Source: Candidatus Latescibacterota bacterium
Lineage (GTDB): Bacteria; Latescibacterota; UBA2968; UBA8231
Reading direction: 5' to 3'
Assembly (NCBI GenBank): GCA_965197905.1
Contig: CBDAOB010000005.1
Location: forward strand, 1,440,001-1,504,000
Length of the DNA: 64,000 bases
The translations under genes were made by a program, and so were the position numbers. The first letter of the stretch is position 1. Each line of letters begins with the position of its first letter. The notes beneath the pieces were generated by a model. It had not been told where the DNA came from, ran no database searches, and saw nothing but the letters and a program-made list of their open reading frames with translations. Shown piece after piece: positions 41,118 through 51,835 of this stretch.

Positions 41118-42082
41118 TGTTCCAGACAGCCGATATGAAATTTCACGGTCGAGCCCTGGGTGCCGGGCCGGATTCCGTGGGTTTGTTGCGACCGTCGAAC
41201 GACGTGGCCCACGATCGCCAGGAGCTTGTGCGCCGAATGGATCGCGATGGGTACCTCTATTTGCCAGGTTTGCTGAATGTGAACGATGTGCTCGATGCCC
41301 GTCGCGAGATTATGGAGAGGTTGGCCGCAAGCGGCCTGCTGGAACCGGGGCATCCGGCAATGGAAGGCGTCGCTCGAACGGGTGTGTCGGAGATGCCGCC
41401 GATGACCAGTTTTAGCCGCGACAATCCTTCGCTGCACCATCTACTCTACGATGGTCCCATGATCCAGTTCTACGAGTTTTTTCTTCAAGGTGAGGTGCGG
41501 CACTTCGACTACACTTGGTTTCGGGCGAAACTGCCGGGCTCGGAGGACGCCACCACACCACATTACGATATCGTCTACATGGGTCGGGGTACGAAGCAGC
41601 TGTGTACCTCCTGGACCCCTTTCGGGCAGGTGCCTCTTGAGATGGGGGGCCTGATGATCCTGGAAAATTCCCATAAGCTGACGGAGCTGCGCAATACCTA
41701 CGGTCGAACCGACGTCGACCTTTACTGCGAAAACGAGGGCGACGCAGCTGCGGTTGTGGACAAAGCGCTGCAGGCCGGCCGGCCGCTCGAACGGCACGAA
41801 AGAGAGTCGATCCACTGGAACTCTTCGGGGCACTTTTCCGAGGATGCAGTGACGGCCCGACAGGAGCTCGGGGGCCGCTGGTTGAGCGCCGATTTTGAGA
41901 TCGGGGACGTCGTGATCATGAGCATGTACACCATGCACGCCAGCTCCGACAATCAGTCTTGTCGCGTTCGCATCTCCTCGGATTCCAGGTATCAGCTCGC
42001 TTCCCAACCGGTGGATGAACGTTGGATCGGCATCGATCCGCCGGCCCACGGAATCCGCGCCAAACGTGGCATGATCTGCTAA
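41114..42082 (+). CDS. Phytanoyl-CoA dioxygenase family protein
   Basis: HYD, WTPFG, GDVVI..TMHAS..RISSDSRYQ. Confidence 0.88.
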   Translation: MMFQTADMKFHGRALGAGPDSVGLLRPSNDVAHDRQELVRRMDRDGYLYLPGLLNVNDVLDARREIMERLAASGLLEPGHPAMEGVARTGVSEMPPMTSFSRDNPSLHHLLYDGPMIQFYEFFLQGEVRHFDYTWFRAKLPGSEDATTPHYDIVYMGRGTKQLCTSWTPFGQVPLEMGGLMILENSHKLTELRNTYGRTDVDLYCENEGDAAAVVDKALQAGRPLERHERESIHWNSSGHFSEDAVTARQELGGRWLSADFEIGDVVIMSMYTMHASSDNQSCRVRISSDSRYQLASQPVDERWIGIDPPAHGIRAKRGMIC

Positions 42083-42266
42083 GTGAGCTGCGCCTTTCTT
42101 CGCGTCTCTTTTTCTTTTCTGCAATCACCCAGTGAATTCTCTACTCTGCGGAAAATTCGCAGACGGATTAAGCGTTTCCGGGCCCACGTGATGTCTAATT
42201 CACTGAAACAGACGTTGCAACGGCGAAACTGAAGAGAATCAGAATGACCTCACCAAGGAGTTGAAG

Positions 42267-43259
42267 ATGAGACGGTTATGTTTTCTCATGGCCATACTGA
42301 CGTTGGGTATAGCTTCTCAAAGCGTGGTCGAGGCTGGCCAACGGGGGATCAAACATAGGAACCATCGAGGGGCCGGCCTGGGCGGAGATAGGATTGGCGC
42401 CGCGCTGGAGTTGACCGATGATCAACGGCAGGCGTTGGATGCGTTGCGCGACGAATTCAAACAAACCGAGCAGCAGATCCGCGGCCAGGTTCGGGATGGA
42501 GGTTTGACTCGCGAGGAGGCCAGACCTCAGCTAGAAGTGCAGCGGGAAGCTCGCCGTGCCGCGGTGTCCGAGATACTGACTGCGGAGCAGCTGGAGCGAC
42601 TCGATCAGATCAGGGCAGAGAACGAAGACCGGCCAGGTTCCCGCGGGCACCATCGACGGGGATTTCGCGGGCGTGGGGGACTGGCAAGAGCCACTAAGGC
42701 GCTGGATCTCACGGGGGACCAACAGTCGGCGCTTGCGGCATTTCGCGAGGAATCCAGACAGGCTCATCGTGAAATTCGCAACCAGGTCAGAGAGGGAAGC
42801 CTGACCCGCGAGGAGGCTCGGCCGGTCCTGGAGGCGCAACGGACCGCTCGCCAGGCGGCGCTGGCGGACATACTGACCCCGGAGCAACTGGCACAGCTGG
42901 AGGAGCTAAGGAATGCGCGCCGTCACAAGCATGATGCCGGGGACCAAAGCGGGGACGGCGGCATTGCTGAGGCCGCGCCCCTTCCGCTAGCGCCAGATAT
43001 GGCCTCGCTGCTGCAGAATGCCCCCAATCCGTTCAATCCCGAAACGGAGATCCGCTTCGATGTTTCGCAGGAGGCGTTTGTCAACGTCTCGGTGTACAAC
43101 ACAGTTGGTCAGAAGATCGAGACGCTGGTGGACAACTACATGAGTCCTGGTCTCCATTCGGTACAGTGGAATGCTGCGAACAATCCCAGCGGGATCTATT
43201 TCTACAGGTTGGAATCAAACGGCGCCGCACAGACCCGGCGGATGTTGTTGCTCAAGTAG
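42267..43259 (+). CDS. Secreted protein: two Spy/CpxP-like repeats + FlgD/T9SS-like C-terminal tail
   Basis: Signal peptide; LTDDQ..LTAEQ and LTGDQ..LTPEQ; LLQNAPNPFNPETEIRF..SGIYFYRL..RMLLLK. Confidence 0.75.
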   Translation: MRRLCFLMAILTLGIASQSVVEAGQRGIKHRNHRGAGLGGDRIGAALELTDDQRQALDALRDEFKQTEQQIRGQVRDGGLTREEARPQLEVQREARRAAVSEILTAEQLERLDQIRAENEDRPGSRGHHRRGFRGRGGLARATKALDLTGDQQSALAAFREESRQAHREIRNQVREGSLTREEARPVLEAQRTARQAALADILTPEQLAQLEELRNARRHKHDAGDQSGDGGIAEAAPLPLAPDMASLLQNAPNPFNPETEIRFDVSQEAFVNVSVYNTVGQKIETLVDNYMSPGLHSVQWNAANNPSGIYFYRLESNGAAQTRRMLLLK

Positions 43260-43287
43260 ATGCGCATCGACTTTTCCTACCGAACCC

Positions 43288-43329
43288 AACGCCTGGCGAG
43301 ACGCTGATTGCTCCGCCAGGCGTTTTCTT
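43288..43329 (+). terminator. Intrinsic terminator between convergent genes
   Basis: AACGCCTGGCG / CGCCAGGCGTT stem + T-rich tail. Confidence 0.7.
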
Positions 43330-43348
43330 GTTCTTCCGATTTGCCGCG

Positions 43349-43839
43349 TCAGCCTTCCTCGTCCGCCCCGCGGCGAACCAGGAGCACGAAGATCGCAATG
43401 TGGGTAACCAACAGCGCCGGAACTACGACTGCCGGAATGAAGTATGTCGATCCGAAGTGGCCGTTGGGAACGAAACGCACGCCCTGGAACAAGGCGTTTA
43501 GAAGATCGAGGAATCCGACGAGATTGAAGATCCATACCAAGGGAATCCCCACGCTCCACCCAAGGCGCAACGCGATTATCGCCAGCAAGGCCAGGACAGC
43601 GGCCAGCAGATCTCCGTAGGCAGCCGGGTCGGCAAAACGGGCGTCCAGATGCTCGGCGGTGCACCCGGTATCAAGAACGCGAGCCCGAGGTATCGAAATG
43701 TGTGCACTAGCACCAGGCGAATGAGGGCCTCACGGCGGGAGAAGGAGGCCAGCCATGGCATGAGATACCACTTTGCAATCAAGGTGTAGCTTACCAACCC
43801 CATGGCGATGCTCAGGGGCAACATCAATTCGACCTTCAT
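43349..43839 (-). CDS. Membrane protein (frameshift near 43662)
   Basis: HTFRYLGLAFLIPG / FADPAAYGDL..WIFNLVGFLDL..VPALLVTH across two frames. Confidence 0.65.
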
Positions 43840-43900
43840 GGCAGTCTCTCCAGGGTGAGTTAGATCAACGCGCCGTCCGATCGCGACATCCGACGCGTTC

Positions 43901-45436
43901 TTACTTGACGAACTGGTACGCGAAAAGCTTCACGTTCTTGAAGTAGAATTTCAGCTTTATAGGCCGGCCCTCCAGCTTGCCCACATCACTCTGTCCGTTC
44001 CACGTAACGCGGTTTGCAAATCCAGACTCGGTCAGGGTGTCGGCGTCGTCGCATTGGTGGCCGTCAAGCGGAGTATGATCTGCGGCGAGCACCTCCACCA
44101 TCAGCTCGGGCAAACCGGTGCCCCATCCCTGCTCGGCCGCCCGCATGTTCACCTGTAGCTCTCGACCTTCGAAGACAAACGCCTTGGTGACTACCTCGGC
44201 GTACTCGTGGTGACCGGCGTCTAGGGAAACGAAGCCGTCCAAAAGAGCTACGGCAAGGCCAATCTGTCCTCTTGGACCATCTTCGCCGAACTCCTCCAGA
44301 AGTCGGTCCATCTGCGTCGAGGCGCGCCAATTCTGACCGCCGTAGTAGATGAAGATCTTGTTGTCGTGCACAATCGGCTGTAGCGCGTAGACGGTCACCG
44401 AGTCGAAATCTCCTTCGTCGCCCGCCTGAATGAACGGTTGTCGATATCGTCGATCGAAGTTTATGCCGTCGCGGCTGAACACCAGTTGCGGCAGAATGGT
44501 CATGCTCGTTTTGCGGAAATTCCACAGCATCCCGATGTAGAAGCTCTCGTAGGTGGTCGCCCACATGCTGTAGAATTCCAGGTCTGGGGGATCCTCTACG
44601 TCGGGTACCAGCATCGTCTCCGGCTCACTCCAGTTGACCAGATCGGGGCTTTCGGCGCGCCCGAGCTGGCGCCTGGCAGGGGGACACATGTGGGGTCCGA
44701 AGAAGGCGTATTTGTTGATGCAGTTCTCCATGTAGGCGCCGTACACGTTGCGAATGGGATCCCAGCCCATCATGCCGGTGGGTCCCCACATGGCGTTGGG
44801 CAGGTCGATAACCGGATTCTTCTCGTACGGCGTCCAGTTGAGAGCGTCTCCGGAGTGGTAAAGATTCCACACGAATCTCGTGTTCGCGCGTGCATCTGGA
44901 TCGGACACATCGCGGTCGTCGTCCTCCCCTTCAACGGTGACCCGCGCCATCGCTTTGAACCGCTTTGTGGGATCGCTTTCCTTCTCATCGACAAAAATTC
45001 CGCCCTTGAAGTTGAGCCACCCATCCGGTCCTACAAAATTGTTCTCTTTCGAGCCTTCGAATTCCACCCTACCCAGGGACGGCTTCTCCCAGTTGAGCCC
45101 GTCCTCGGAAACCGCATAACAAACACCTCGGGAGTACTTCTTCGGCACCGTCGGCACTAGCTTTTTCGGAACCCTTTCGGTGGCCGAAAAGTGAGTATTG
45201 GTGTACCACATCTTGAAGAGCTCTTCGTGATCGTCGTAGAGCACTGCCCCGTAGTGCAGGTCGTTGCCCTCCCAAGGGCGGTCTCTCCGTATCACCGGGT
45301 TGTCCCGGTATTTGACCGCCGGATTCATCACGAACGCACCGTGTTTGACACTTTCCACCAGGCTGTCGTCCAAAAAGAGCTGCTTCTGAGTTCCAATATG
45401 CGTCAAACCAGGTTTCCATTCGGCGTGTTCGTTCAT
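43901..45436 (-). CDS. Hypothetical glycosidase-like beta-propeller protein
   Basis: KQLFLDD, YAVSEDGLNWEKP, ESPDLVNWS, FSRDGINF, DGFVSL. Confidence 0.7.
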   Translation of the reverse strand: MNEHAEWKPGLTHIGTQKQLFLDDSLVESVKHGAFVMNPAVKYRDNPVIRRDRPWEGNDLHYGAVLYDDHEELFKMWYTNTHFSATERVPKKLVPTVPKKYSRGVCYAVSEDGLNWEKPSLGRVEFEGSKENNFVGPDGWLNFKGGIFVDEKESDPTKRFKAMARVTVEGEDDDRDVSDPDARANTRFVWNLYHSGDALNWTPYEKNPVIDLPNAMWGPTGMMGWDPIRNVYGAYMENCINKYAFFGPHMCPPARRQLGRAESPDLVNWSEPETMLVPDVEDPPDLEFYSMWATTYESFYIGMLWNFRKTSMTILPQLVFSRDGINFDRRYRQPFIQAGDEGDFDSVTVYALQPIVHDNKIFIYYGGQNWRASTQMDRLLEEFGEDGPRGQIGLAVALLDGFVSLDAGHHEYAEVVTKAFVFEGRELQVNMRAAEQGWGTGLPELMVEVLAADHTPLDGHQCDDADTLTESGFANRVTWNGQSDVGKLEGRPIKLKFYFKNVKLFAYQFVK

Positions 45437-45660
45437 TCTTGTTCCTTTAGAAGAGGGCGGTAACAGATGAGAGGTTGAAGAGCGAGGCCTTTTTTTACAG
45501 CAGCAGCCCGTGAAACCGATTCCCGCCGTTTTTCGCGAGGCCTGCAAGTCCATATATAGACCTGCCAGTAGCACCGGTCAAGAACTGCGCAGGGGCGGTG
45601 TTTTGAGGCGATTGTTGAGGGGTGGGAAGCGACTACAGACGCATCCCTGGGTAGAGCGGG

Positions 45661-46605
45661 TTATTCGGATTCGTCGCCAATCAGCGAGCTCTCGACCAGT
45701 CGACGGAACTCCTCCAGCCTGACAGGTTTGGTCACGAACCCGTCGAAGTCGTACTCGCGCAGCTCATCGTCGCTCAAGGCTCCCGAAAGCGCCAGCACCG
45801 GGAGCTCGGTGTAGTTCTCGCGAATCTCCGAGAGCAGCGTGAGCCCATCCATTTCTGGCATGCGGATGTCGGCGATCACCAGATCCGGTTTTTGCTGGCT
45901 CATCATTTGCAGCGCTTCTACGCCGTTGCCGGCCTCGACTACTTCGTAAGGAGAAAGTGCTTTCTTCACGAAGGTGCGAACATCGATTTCGTCATCGGCG
46001 ATCAATATACGCAGGGTGGAATCCTCCGTTGCCGAGGCGAGATGTTGTTCGACGTCGTCGTGGCTGAGCTCGGTCTTTTCAACCAGGAGGTCTCGCGCCA
46101 ACTCCGTCCGTCGATCCTTCTGTTTGAGTTCGCTGACATATCTGGCTCTCTCTACCAGGTAGTCGCGCATCCGCACGTTGTCGTTTACCAGCTTGTCGGA
46201 GAGTATTTCGATGATGTTCCGGTAGATCGTGATACGGATGTCCTTGTCCTCACGTATCAGGTTGTCGAAATGGGACTTTCGAATCGAGAGGATGTTGCTG
46301 TCTTGGGTGGCGCGCACGGTAGCCGAACGGGGCTGTGTTATGACGATGCCGATTTCTCCAACCGTCGTCACCGGTTTCAATGCGGCTATCTGAATGCCTT
46401 CCTCGGTTAGGACCCCCAGTTCCCCGGACAGGAGTACGAACATCTCTTCGCTGGTTGATCCGCTTTCACACAGCACATGCCCACTCTTGAAAGCCTGGCG
46501 CGCGAAAAGGCTGAGAACCTTCTGCACCTGGGAAGGTGACAAGCCCGCAAAAATGGGAATCTTCTTGAGGATCTGACTGAGGGCGGTGTTTGGTTCAGGT
46601 GGCAT
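45661..46605 (-). CDS. cNMP-binding domain + receiver domain protein
   Basis: GEIG..PRSATVRA; ILIADDE, PDLVIADIRMPEMDG, FVTKP. Confidence 0.88.
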   Translation of the reverse strand: MPPEPNTALSQILKKIPIFAGLSPSQVQKVLSLFARQAFKSGHVLCESGSTSEEMFVLLSGELGVLTEEGIQIAALKPVTTVGEIGIVITQPRSATVRATQDSNILSIRKSHFDNLIREDKDIRITIYRNIIEILSDKLVNDNVRMRDYLVERARYVSELKQKDRRTELARDLLVEKTELSHDDVEQHLASATEDSTLRILIADDEIDVRTFVKKALSPYEVVEAGNGVEALQMMSQQKPDLVIADIRMPEMDGLTLLSEIRENYTELPVLALSGALSDDELREYDFDGFVTKPVRLEEFRRLVESSLIGDESE

Positions 46606-46736
46606 GGGCGGTTTCCTACAAGGCCTGCGCTTCGATATGGCGATGCAGCTAGGATTAAATATAGGCAGGTGAATGACGAAAAAACCTAGTATAACTACTA
46701 GAAAATCGCGAAATCTCACAGGTCGAAAGAGGGTTC

Positions 46737-48257
46737 TTAGAAATATTGCCCGAGGCCGAACGAAAGTTGCCAGGAGTTGTCGAGAAAACCACGTGCGACG
46801 TCGACCCGCAAGATGGGGCTGTTGTAGATGGTCAAGAGACTAACTCTCGCGCCAACCCCAGCACTCGCAGCCAAGTCGCGTTTGATTTCTCGGGGCGACC
46901 AGACGCTTCCTGCGTCGGCGAACAACGAGCCGGCGAGTACATAGATTCGATTCTGACGAAAGGTTGGTCGGGCTTCCAGGTTGAAGAGAAACCGCCGGGA
47001 TCCGTCGAAGCGTCTTGGCGCGTACCCCCGAAGTCCGCGGTCTACACCAAGAAGCAGCTGGCTCTGATCCTCCGGCTCACCCAGAGCGTCCCACAAGAGT
47101 CGCAACGCAACCGTGTGGTGTGAGGCCAGCCGCGCGTAAGCCCTCACGCTTACCGCGGTGTAGCGCTCGAAGCTGCCACTCCTGTCGAGCCGCGAGCTGT
47201 AGAAAGCGGTTCCGAAGATATAGAGATTGTCGCGGGGTTTCAGGTTGGGGGACAGTCGCAGCTGGTAAAAAACGAAATTCTGATCCGAGCCCAGGGCTTC
47301 AGACGAACCGCCGATCCGCGTCGAGATCCAGCTGCCCAACTGCACATCCTCTACCCGTCCCAGACCGAATACAAACCTCGTTTTCTCGTAGTCGGGCTTC
47401 CACACCGTCATGCCGACGCTCGGCAAAACCCTTCGGCGGTTTTCCGGCGCGTAGGTGAATCCCTGTTTGCCATCGAAGCGGTGATCGCTCACGCTGACGC
47501 GAAAACCTGGCCTGAGCTTGGTTGCGCCGCCGTAGGACCGGGTCACCCAGGCCGATGCCGCCTCGCGCCGGTTTTCATATTTCGCGGCTAGACGCTGGCC
47601 GGAATAGAGACGGGCTACATGTTCGGATCTTGATACCGATGCGCCGTAGGACCAGGGTGTGGAGAGGGCGTAAAAAGGGTGGGAGACGGTCAGAAACAGA
47701 TGGTGTCCTTCTTCCGCCCAACCGAGATTCGTCGTGACGGTTTGACGCGATCCCTGGAGCCTGGGGTTCTGGTAGAACAGGGATCCGCTATTGCCGGTTA
47801 CAGCGTTGTGGTTGAGGTCGACTCGCGCCACCTGTCCACGTCCAAGCAGGTTGTAATCGAGAGCGATGACTCCATAGCTGAGCTCGCCTACCTCGCCCGC
47901 CAGTTGTGGGGTCAGCGCTCGAGCATACAGATCCTCGAGCTGCAACTCCACGTCCACCGACCGTGCATCGCCCGTCAACACGGTTTGCACCTTGCCGAGG
48001 AATAACAGGCGCCGCAGGTTGCGCTCGCTTTCCTCCACCAGGGCCGTATCGAGAGGCTCGCCCACGGCGTAGAGCAACTCTCGAAACACAATGGTGCTGT
48101 CGGTGCGGGAATTCCCGACCAGCGTGATCTGCCGCACCGTCGGTCCCACAGCAGTCACCGGGTCAGCCACAAACAGAGGGAGGAGGGCGAGAATTACGGG
48201 AATCAGGAGGGAGGTGTTGGGTAGCGGTTCTCGACTACGAATCGATCGCATTTCCAT
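46737..48257 (-). CDS. Omp85/BamA-TamA-like outer membrane protein
   Basis: POTRA (GNSRT..RELL..ERNLRRL), NLLGRG, LRGY, terminal GQYF. Confidence 0.82.
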   Translation of the reverse strand: MEMRSIRSREPLPNTSLLIPVILALLPLFVADPVTAVGPTVRQITLVGNSRTDSTIVFRELLYAVGEPLDTALVEESERNLRRLLFLGKVQTVLTGDARSVDVELQLEDLYARALTPQLAGEVGELSYGVIALDYNLLGRGQVARVDLNHNAVTGNSGSLFYQNPRLQGSRQTVTTNLGWAEEGHHLFLTVSHPFYALSTPWSYGASVSRSEHVARLYSGQRLAAKYENRREAASAWVTRSYGGATKLRPGFRVSVSDHRFDGKQGFTYAPENRRRVLPSVGMTVWKPDYEKTRFVFGLGRVEDVQLGSWISTRIGGSSEALGSDQNFVFYQLRLSPNLKPRDNLYIFGTAFYSSRLDRSGSFERYTAVSVRAYARLASHHTVALRLLWDALGEPEDQSQLLLGVDRGLRGYAPRRFDGSRRFLFNLEARPTFRQNRIYVLAGSLFADAGSVWSPREIKRDLAASAGVGARVSLLTIYNSPILRVDVARGFLDNSWQLSFGLGQYF

Positions 48258-48326
48258 TTCTGAATTTGTCCAGCCAGCGGTAATTCTCGATATTCCTCGC
48301 GGCCAATATAAGGTGACGGTTTGTAA

Positions 48327-49271
48327 ATGAGCAGTGTTCTAGCGCGCAATCGCAACCGACTTCACGCATGGCGGGCGCAAACGGTCGATTCCGACGCCAG
48401 TTGGTACTACAGGCTTTCTGACGACTGTCTGGGTGCGTTACGTCGATTCGCCGAAGGTACGGACGCGGGGGCCGATATCGCGCAGCTACCGGTAGACACC
48501 GACGAGCTGGCGGCGTGCCAGGATTGTCTCGCTGCGGTTCGAGACGCTCTGCTGTTGGGTCGTGGATTCGCCATCGTGCACCAACTGCCTGCGGACACGG
48601 TTTCGCAAAAAGGGTTGATCGCTATCTACTGGGCCCTGGGTCACCTTCTGGGGACGCCACAGGTCCAGGACAACCACGGCACCTTGCTGTTCGATGTGAC
48701 CGATACGGGACAGGATGTAAAGCAAGGCGCCAGGTTTTCGGTAACCAACGCCGGGAGCGGGTATCATACCGACTGCGCTTTCAATCCGGGTATGCCGCAG
48801 GTGGTAGGTCTCCTCTGCTTGAAGACGGCGAAATCGGGAGGGCGCAGTCAGCTGGTGAGCGCGTATACCGTCCACGACGAGCTCGCTGAACATTTTCCCG
48901 ACGAGCTGGAAACCCTTTATCGGCCGTTCCATTTCGATCGCCGGGGACAACACAGCGAAGACGAACCGCCTACCTTGCCGTTCCCGATCTTTGCGGCGCC
49001 CGAAAACCAGCTGTGCACGCGGTACATGCTATACTACATCCAGGTGGGCCAGGAGCGCACAGGACAACCGTTGAGTGAGGCCCAGGCGCGCGCCATTGCA
49101 GCGATGGAGGATACGATTCACCAACCCGGTATAAACGTCGAATTCGATCTCCAACCCGGACAGATGTTGTTCACCAGCAATCGCTGGATTTTGCACAATC
49201 GCACTGCCTTCGAGGATCATGGAGATCCAGAGAGCCGGCGCCACTATGTGCGACTCTGGCTGAATAGATGA
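48327..49271 (+). CDS. TauD/TfdA family dioxygenase
   Basis: YHTD, GLLCL..SGG.S, LHNRTAFED, RHYVRLWL. Confidence 0.9.
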   Translation: MSSVLARNRNRLHAWRAQTVDSDASWYYRLSDDCLGALRRFAEGTDAGADIAQLPVDTDELAACQDCLAAVRDALLLGRGFAIVHQLPADTVSQKGLIAIYWALGHLLGTPQVQDNHGTLLFDVTDTGQDVKQGARFSVTNAGSGYHTDCAFNPGMPQVVGLLCLKTAKSGGRSQLVSAYTVHDELAEHFPDELETLYRPFHFDRRGQHSEDEPPTLPFPIFAAPENQLCTRYMLYYIQVGQERTGQPLSEAQARAIAAMEDTIHQPGINVEFDLQPGQMLFTSNRWILHNRTAFEDHGDPESRRHYVRLWLNR

Positions 49272-49281
49272 GCTTGGAGCG

Positions 49282-50010
49282 ATGCCGCTTGAGGGTCTAA
49301 AGCAACGATTCCGCACCAAGGAGCAGGTCCTGGGATTGACGATTCCCGCCAATGTAGAGCGCGATCAATTGGAGCAGCTGCTGCAGCGAGGTCCGTACGA
49401 TTTCGTTATGGTCGACAGTCAGCACTCTCCCTTCAATGAAGAGCGATTGGTTTCCCTATCGGCCCTGGTGGCGGAAGCGGGTACCTTCCTCCACCTGCGC
49501 ATCAAACACACTCGCCACACCTATCTTATCGGCAACTATCTCGACCTGGGTCCCAGTGGCATCGAGGTCCCCCAGGTGGAAACCGAAGCCACCGCTGTCG
49601 AAGCGGTGGATAACTTCTATTATCTGCCTGCGGGCATACGGAGTGTCGGTGGTGGCGCGCGCCCGAGGGCAAAGGAGTTCTCAGATCCGTTTGCCTACGC
49701 CGAGTGGTGGAACAACCACGGTATTCTGTGGATGCAGGTGGAATCGGTGGAAGCTACCGAGCAGGTGTATGCTCTGGCGAAACCGGGGGTGGATTGCGTC
49801 TCCTTCGGTCCCACCGATCTCAGCTTCAGTCTCAAGTACAGCAATCATCCCAGATTGAAGACGGTGGACGATTGTGTCGCCCAGGTCGTCGAGACCCTTG
49901 AGGGCACCCAAACGGCCGTCTGTTTCAGGACCTTCACACCCGCCAAACGGCAGAAATATCTGGATATCGGGGTCACCGTCATCCTAGAACATTTCCTGCA
50001 GCTGGACTAG
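49282..50010 (+). CDS. HpcH/HpaI aldolase family protein
   Basis: VDSQHS, LDLGPSGIEVPQV, QVES, FGPTDLS. Confidence 0.85.
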   Translation: MPLEGLKQRFRTKEQVLGLTIPANVERDQLEQLLQRGPYDFVMVDSQHSPFNEERLVSLSALVAEAGTFLHLRIKHTRHTYLIGNYLDLGPSGIEVPQVETEATAVEAVDNFYYLPAGIRSVGGGARPRAKEFSDPFAYAEWWNNHGILWMQVESVEATEQVYALAKPGVDCVSFGPTDLSFSLKYSNHPRLKTVDDCVAQVVETLEGTQTAVCFRTFTPAKRQKYLDIGVTVILEHFLQLD

Positions 50011-50180
50011 AGGCGGCCCGAGATTTCGCCGATTCGCGAGCCATCTCAGCTTGCGCTACGAATCCGCCTTTAGTACCATTCCCTATATCCTTAAATCCAT
50101 TGTTTACAAGCAGCTATTGAACATCCAGGACGGTGCTGAGCGGTCCAGGCAGTGCCTGTTCAAAGCGCGAAAAAGCGGCC

Positions 50181-50975
50181 ATGACGAGGATTCTGGAAGG
50201 AATCGGTCAGCAGGTGGTGGGTTGGTTCGCCAATTCCTGGCGGGTGATGGAATTCTCGTTCGAAGCGGGAGCAGCTTCTGTCTCCTTTTTCGGCCGCCAG
50301 GGTTTCAGGGCGGTTCTCGTCGTAGTTCTTCAGCAGGTGTATTTTACGGGTTTGCAGGCGCTTCCTTTCCTGGGCCTGCTCTCGCTTCTCTTAGGTTTTA
50401 CGGTGATTATCCAATCGCTGCCGCAGTTGCAAGGCGTGGGAGCCAACGCCCTCATCGGCAAGATCCTGGTCATCAGCATCGTGCGTGAGCTGGGTCCGAT
50501 CATCACCGCCATGGTGGTGATTACCCGCTCCGGTTCCGCCATGGCCGCGGAGATGGCAACCTACCGCGTAACTGGGCAGGTTGAGGCACTGGAAGCAATG
50601 GGGGTGAACATCTCCCATTATCTCGTGGTGCCCCGTTTGTTCGGGTGTATTATTTCATTGTTTTGCATGATCCTCTATTTCGATGTTATCGCCCTTGTGG
50701 GCGGGTTTCTCGTGGCCAGCATTCGGCTCACCATGCCTTTCACGCTGTACCTAGACTACATCTATCAGTCGTTGTCTTCTCTCGATCTTTATATCAGCCT
50801 CTGCAAGAGCATGCTCTTCGGCGCTGTGATTGCTCTTTTTACATGCTACCATGGTCTGCGCGCCCAACGGGCCGCGTTCGAGATTCCGATGTACTCGCGC
50901 TCGGGCGTCGTGCAGGCGATGTTCTTCGTTTTCGTATCCAGCGCCGTTATTTCAGCCCTCTTCTATTGGATTTGA
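50181..50975 (+). CDS. mlaE: MlaE-family ABC permease
   Basis: VRELGPIITAMVVITRSGSAMAAE, ALEAMG..YLVVPR. Confidence 0.9.
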   Translation: MTRILEGIGQQVVGWFANSWRVMEFSFEAGAASVSFFGRQGFRAVLVVVLQQVYFTGLQALPFLGLLSLLLGFTVIIQSLPQLQGVGANALIGKILVISIVRELGPIITAMVVITRSGSAMAAEMATYRVTGQVEALEAMGVNISHYLVVPRLFGCIISLFCMILYFDVIALVGGFLVASIRLTMPFTLYLDYIYQSLSSLDLYISLCKSMLFGAVIALFTCYHGLRAQRAAFEIPMYSRSGVVQAMFFVFVSSAVISALFYWI

Positions 50976-50978
50976 TCG

Positions 50979-51827
50979 GTGCTCGGAGATCGCTCACCCA
51001 TACTTCTTGAGGACGTAGGTTTGACGCTCGGGGGCCGCCAGTTCTTCGACGGTGTCGGAATGGAGGTAGCCGAGGGTGAGACGGTCGTGGTCGCCGGGCC
51101 AACGGGTTGCGGCAAATCCTTGCTCTTGCGTCTCGTTCTTGGTCTTCCCGGCATGTTGGGACTTCCCGGGATGTCGGCTGGGGACGTCACCGTCAGCGGC
51201 GACATAAGGGTGTGTGGCCAGCGCTTGAGCGACCTAGGGATAGCCCAAGTTCAAGAGCTTCGGAGACAGATTGGCACCGTCTTTCGCGGCGGTGGTTTGA
51301 TCGACAATATGGATGTGCATCAGAACATCACCTTACCGCTTTATTACCATTGCTATGATTTCATGAGTCCGCAGCAGATGGACGCCCGTTGTCGCCAGGT
51401 GCTCGAAGATCTCGGGCTCGACCATCTCGATGTGTCGGGTCGGCGTCCGGTCACCTTGAACGGTTTGGAGAGGGTGTACGTCGCGCTTGCGCGGGCTTTT
51501 GTCGGCGAACCGTACATTCTCTTGCTCGACGATCCCGCCAGTGCGCTGGGATCGCGCACCGCCACCCGTTTGATGGAGCAGGTTTTCTACGCACCGCGAT
51601 TTGCTGACGGCATCTCCACCCACGAGCGCTGCGGACAACCTCTCACTCGCCTGATCGTAACGACCGAGCTAGACTACTATCTGCCGTATGGCGATCGCTT
51701 CTTCATAATCGACCAGTTGAAGGTGACGGAAGTAGGTGATCGGAGCGCGGTGATACGCAGCGAATTGGATGCGGTCAAGGATCTTTTGGCTTTTGACTAT
51801 CAAGTCGTCACCAACTTGGGATTCTGA
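50979..51827 (+). CDS. mlaF: MlaF-like ABC ATP-binding protein (degenerate motifs)
   Basis: GPTGCGKS; located between mlaE and mlaD. Confidence 0.78.
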   Translation: MLGDRSPILLEDVGLTLGGRQFFDGVGMEVAEGETVVVAGPTGCGKSLLLRLVLGLPGMLGLPGMSAGDVTVSGDIRVCGQRLSDLGIAQVQELRRQIGTVFRGGGLIDNMDVHQNITLPLYYHCYDFMSPQQMDARCRQVLEDLGLDHLDVSGRRPVTLNGLERVYVALARAFVGEPYILLLDDPASALGSRTATRLMEQVFYAPRFADGISTHERCGQPLTRLIVTTELDYYLPYGDRFFIIDQLKVTEVGDRSAVIRSELDAVKDLLAFDYQVVTNLGF

Positions 51828-51835
51828 GATCTATC

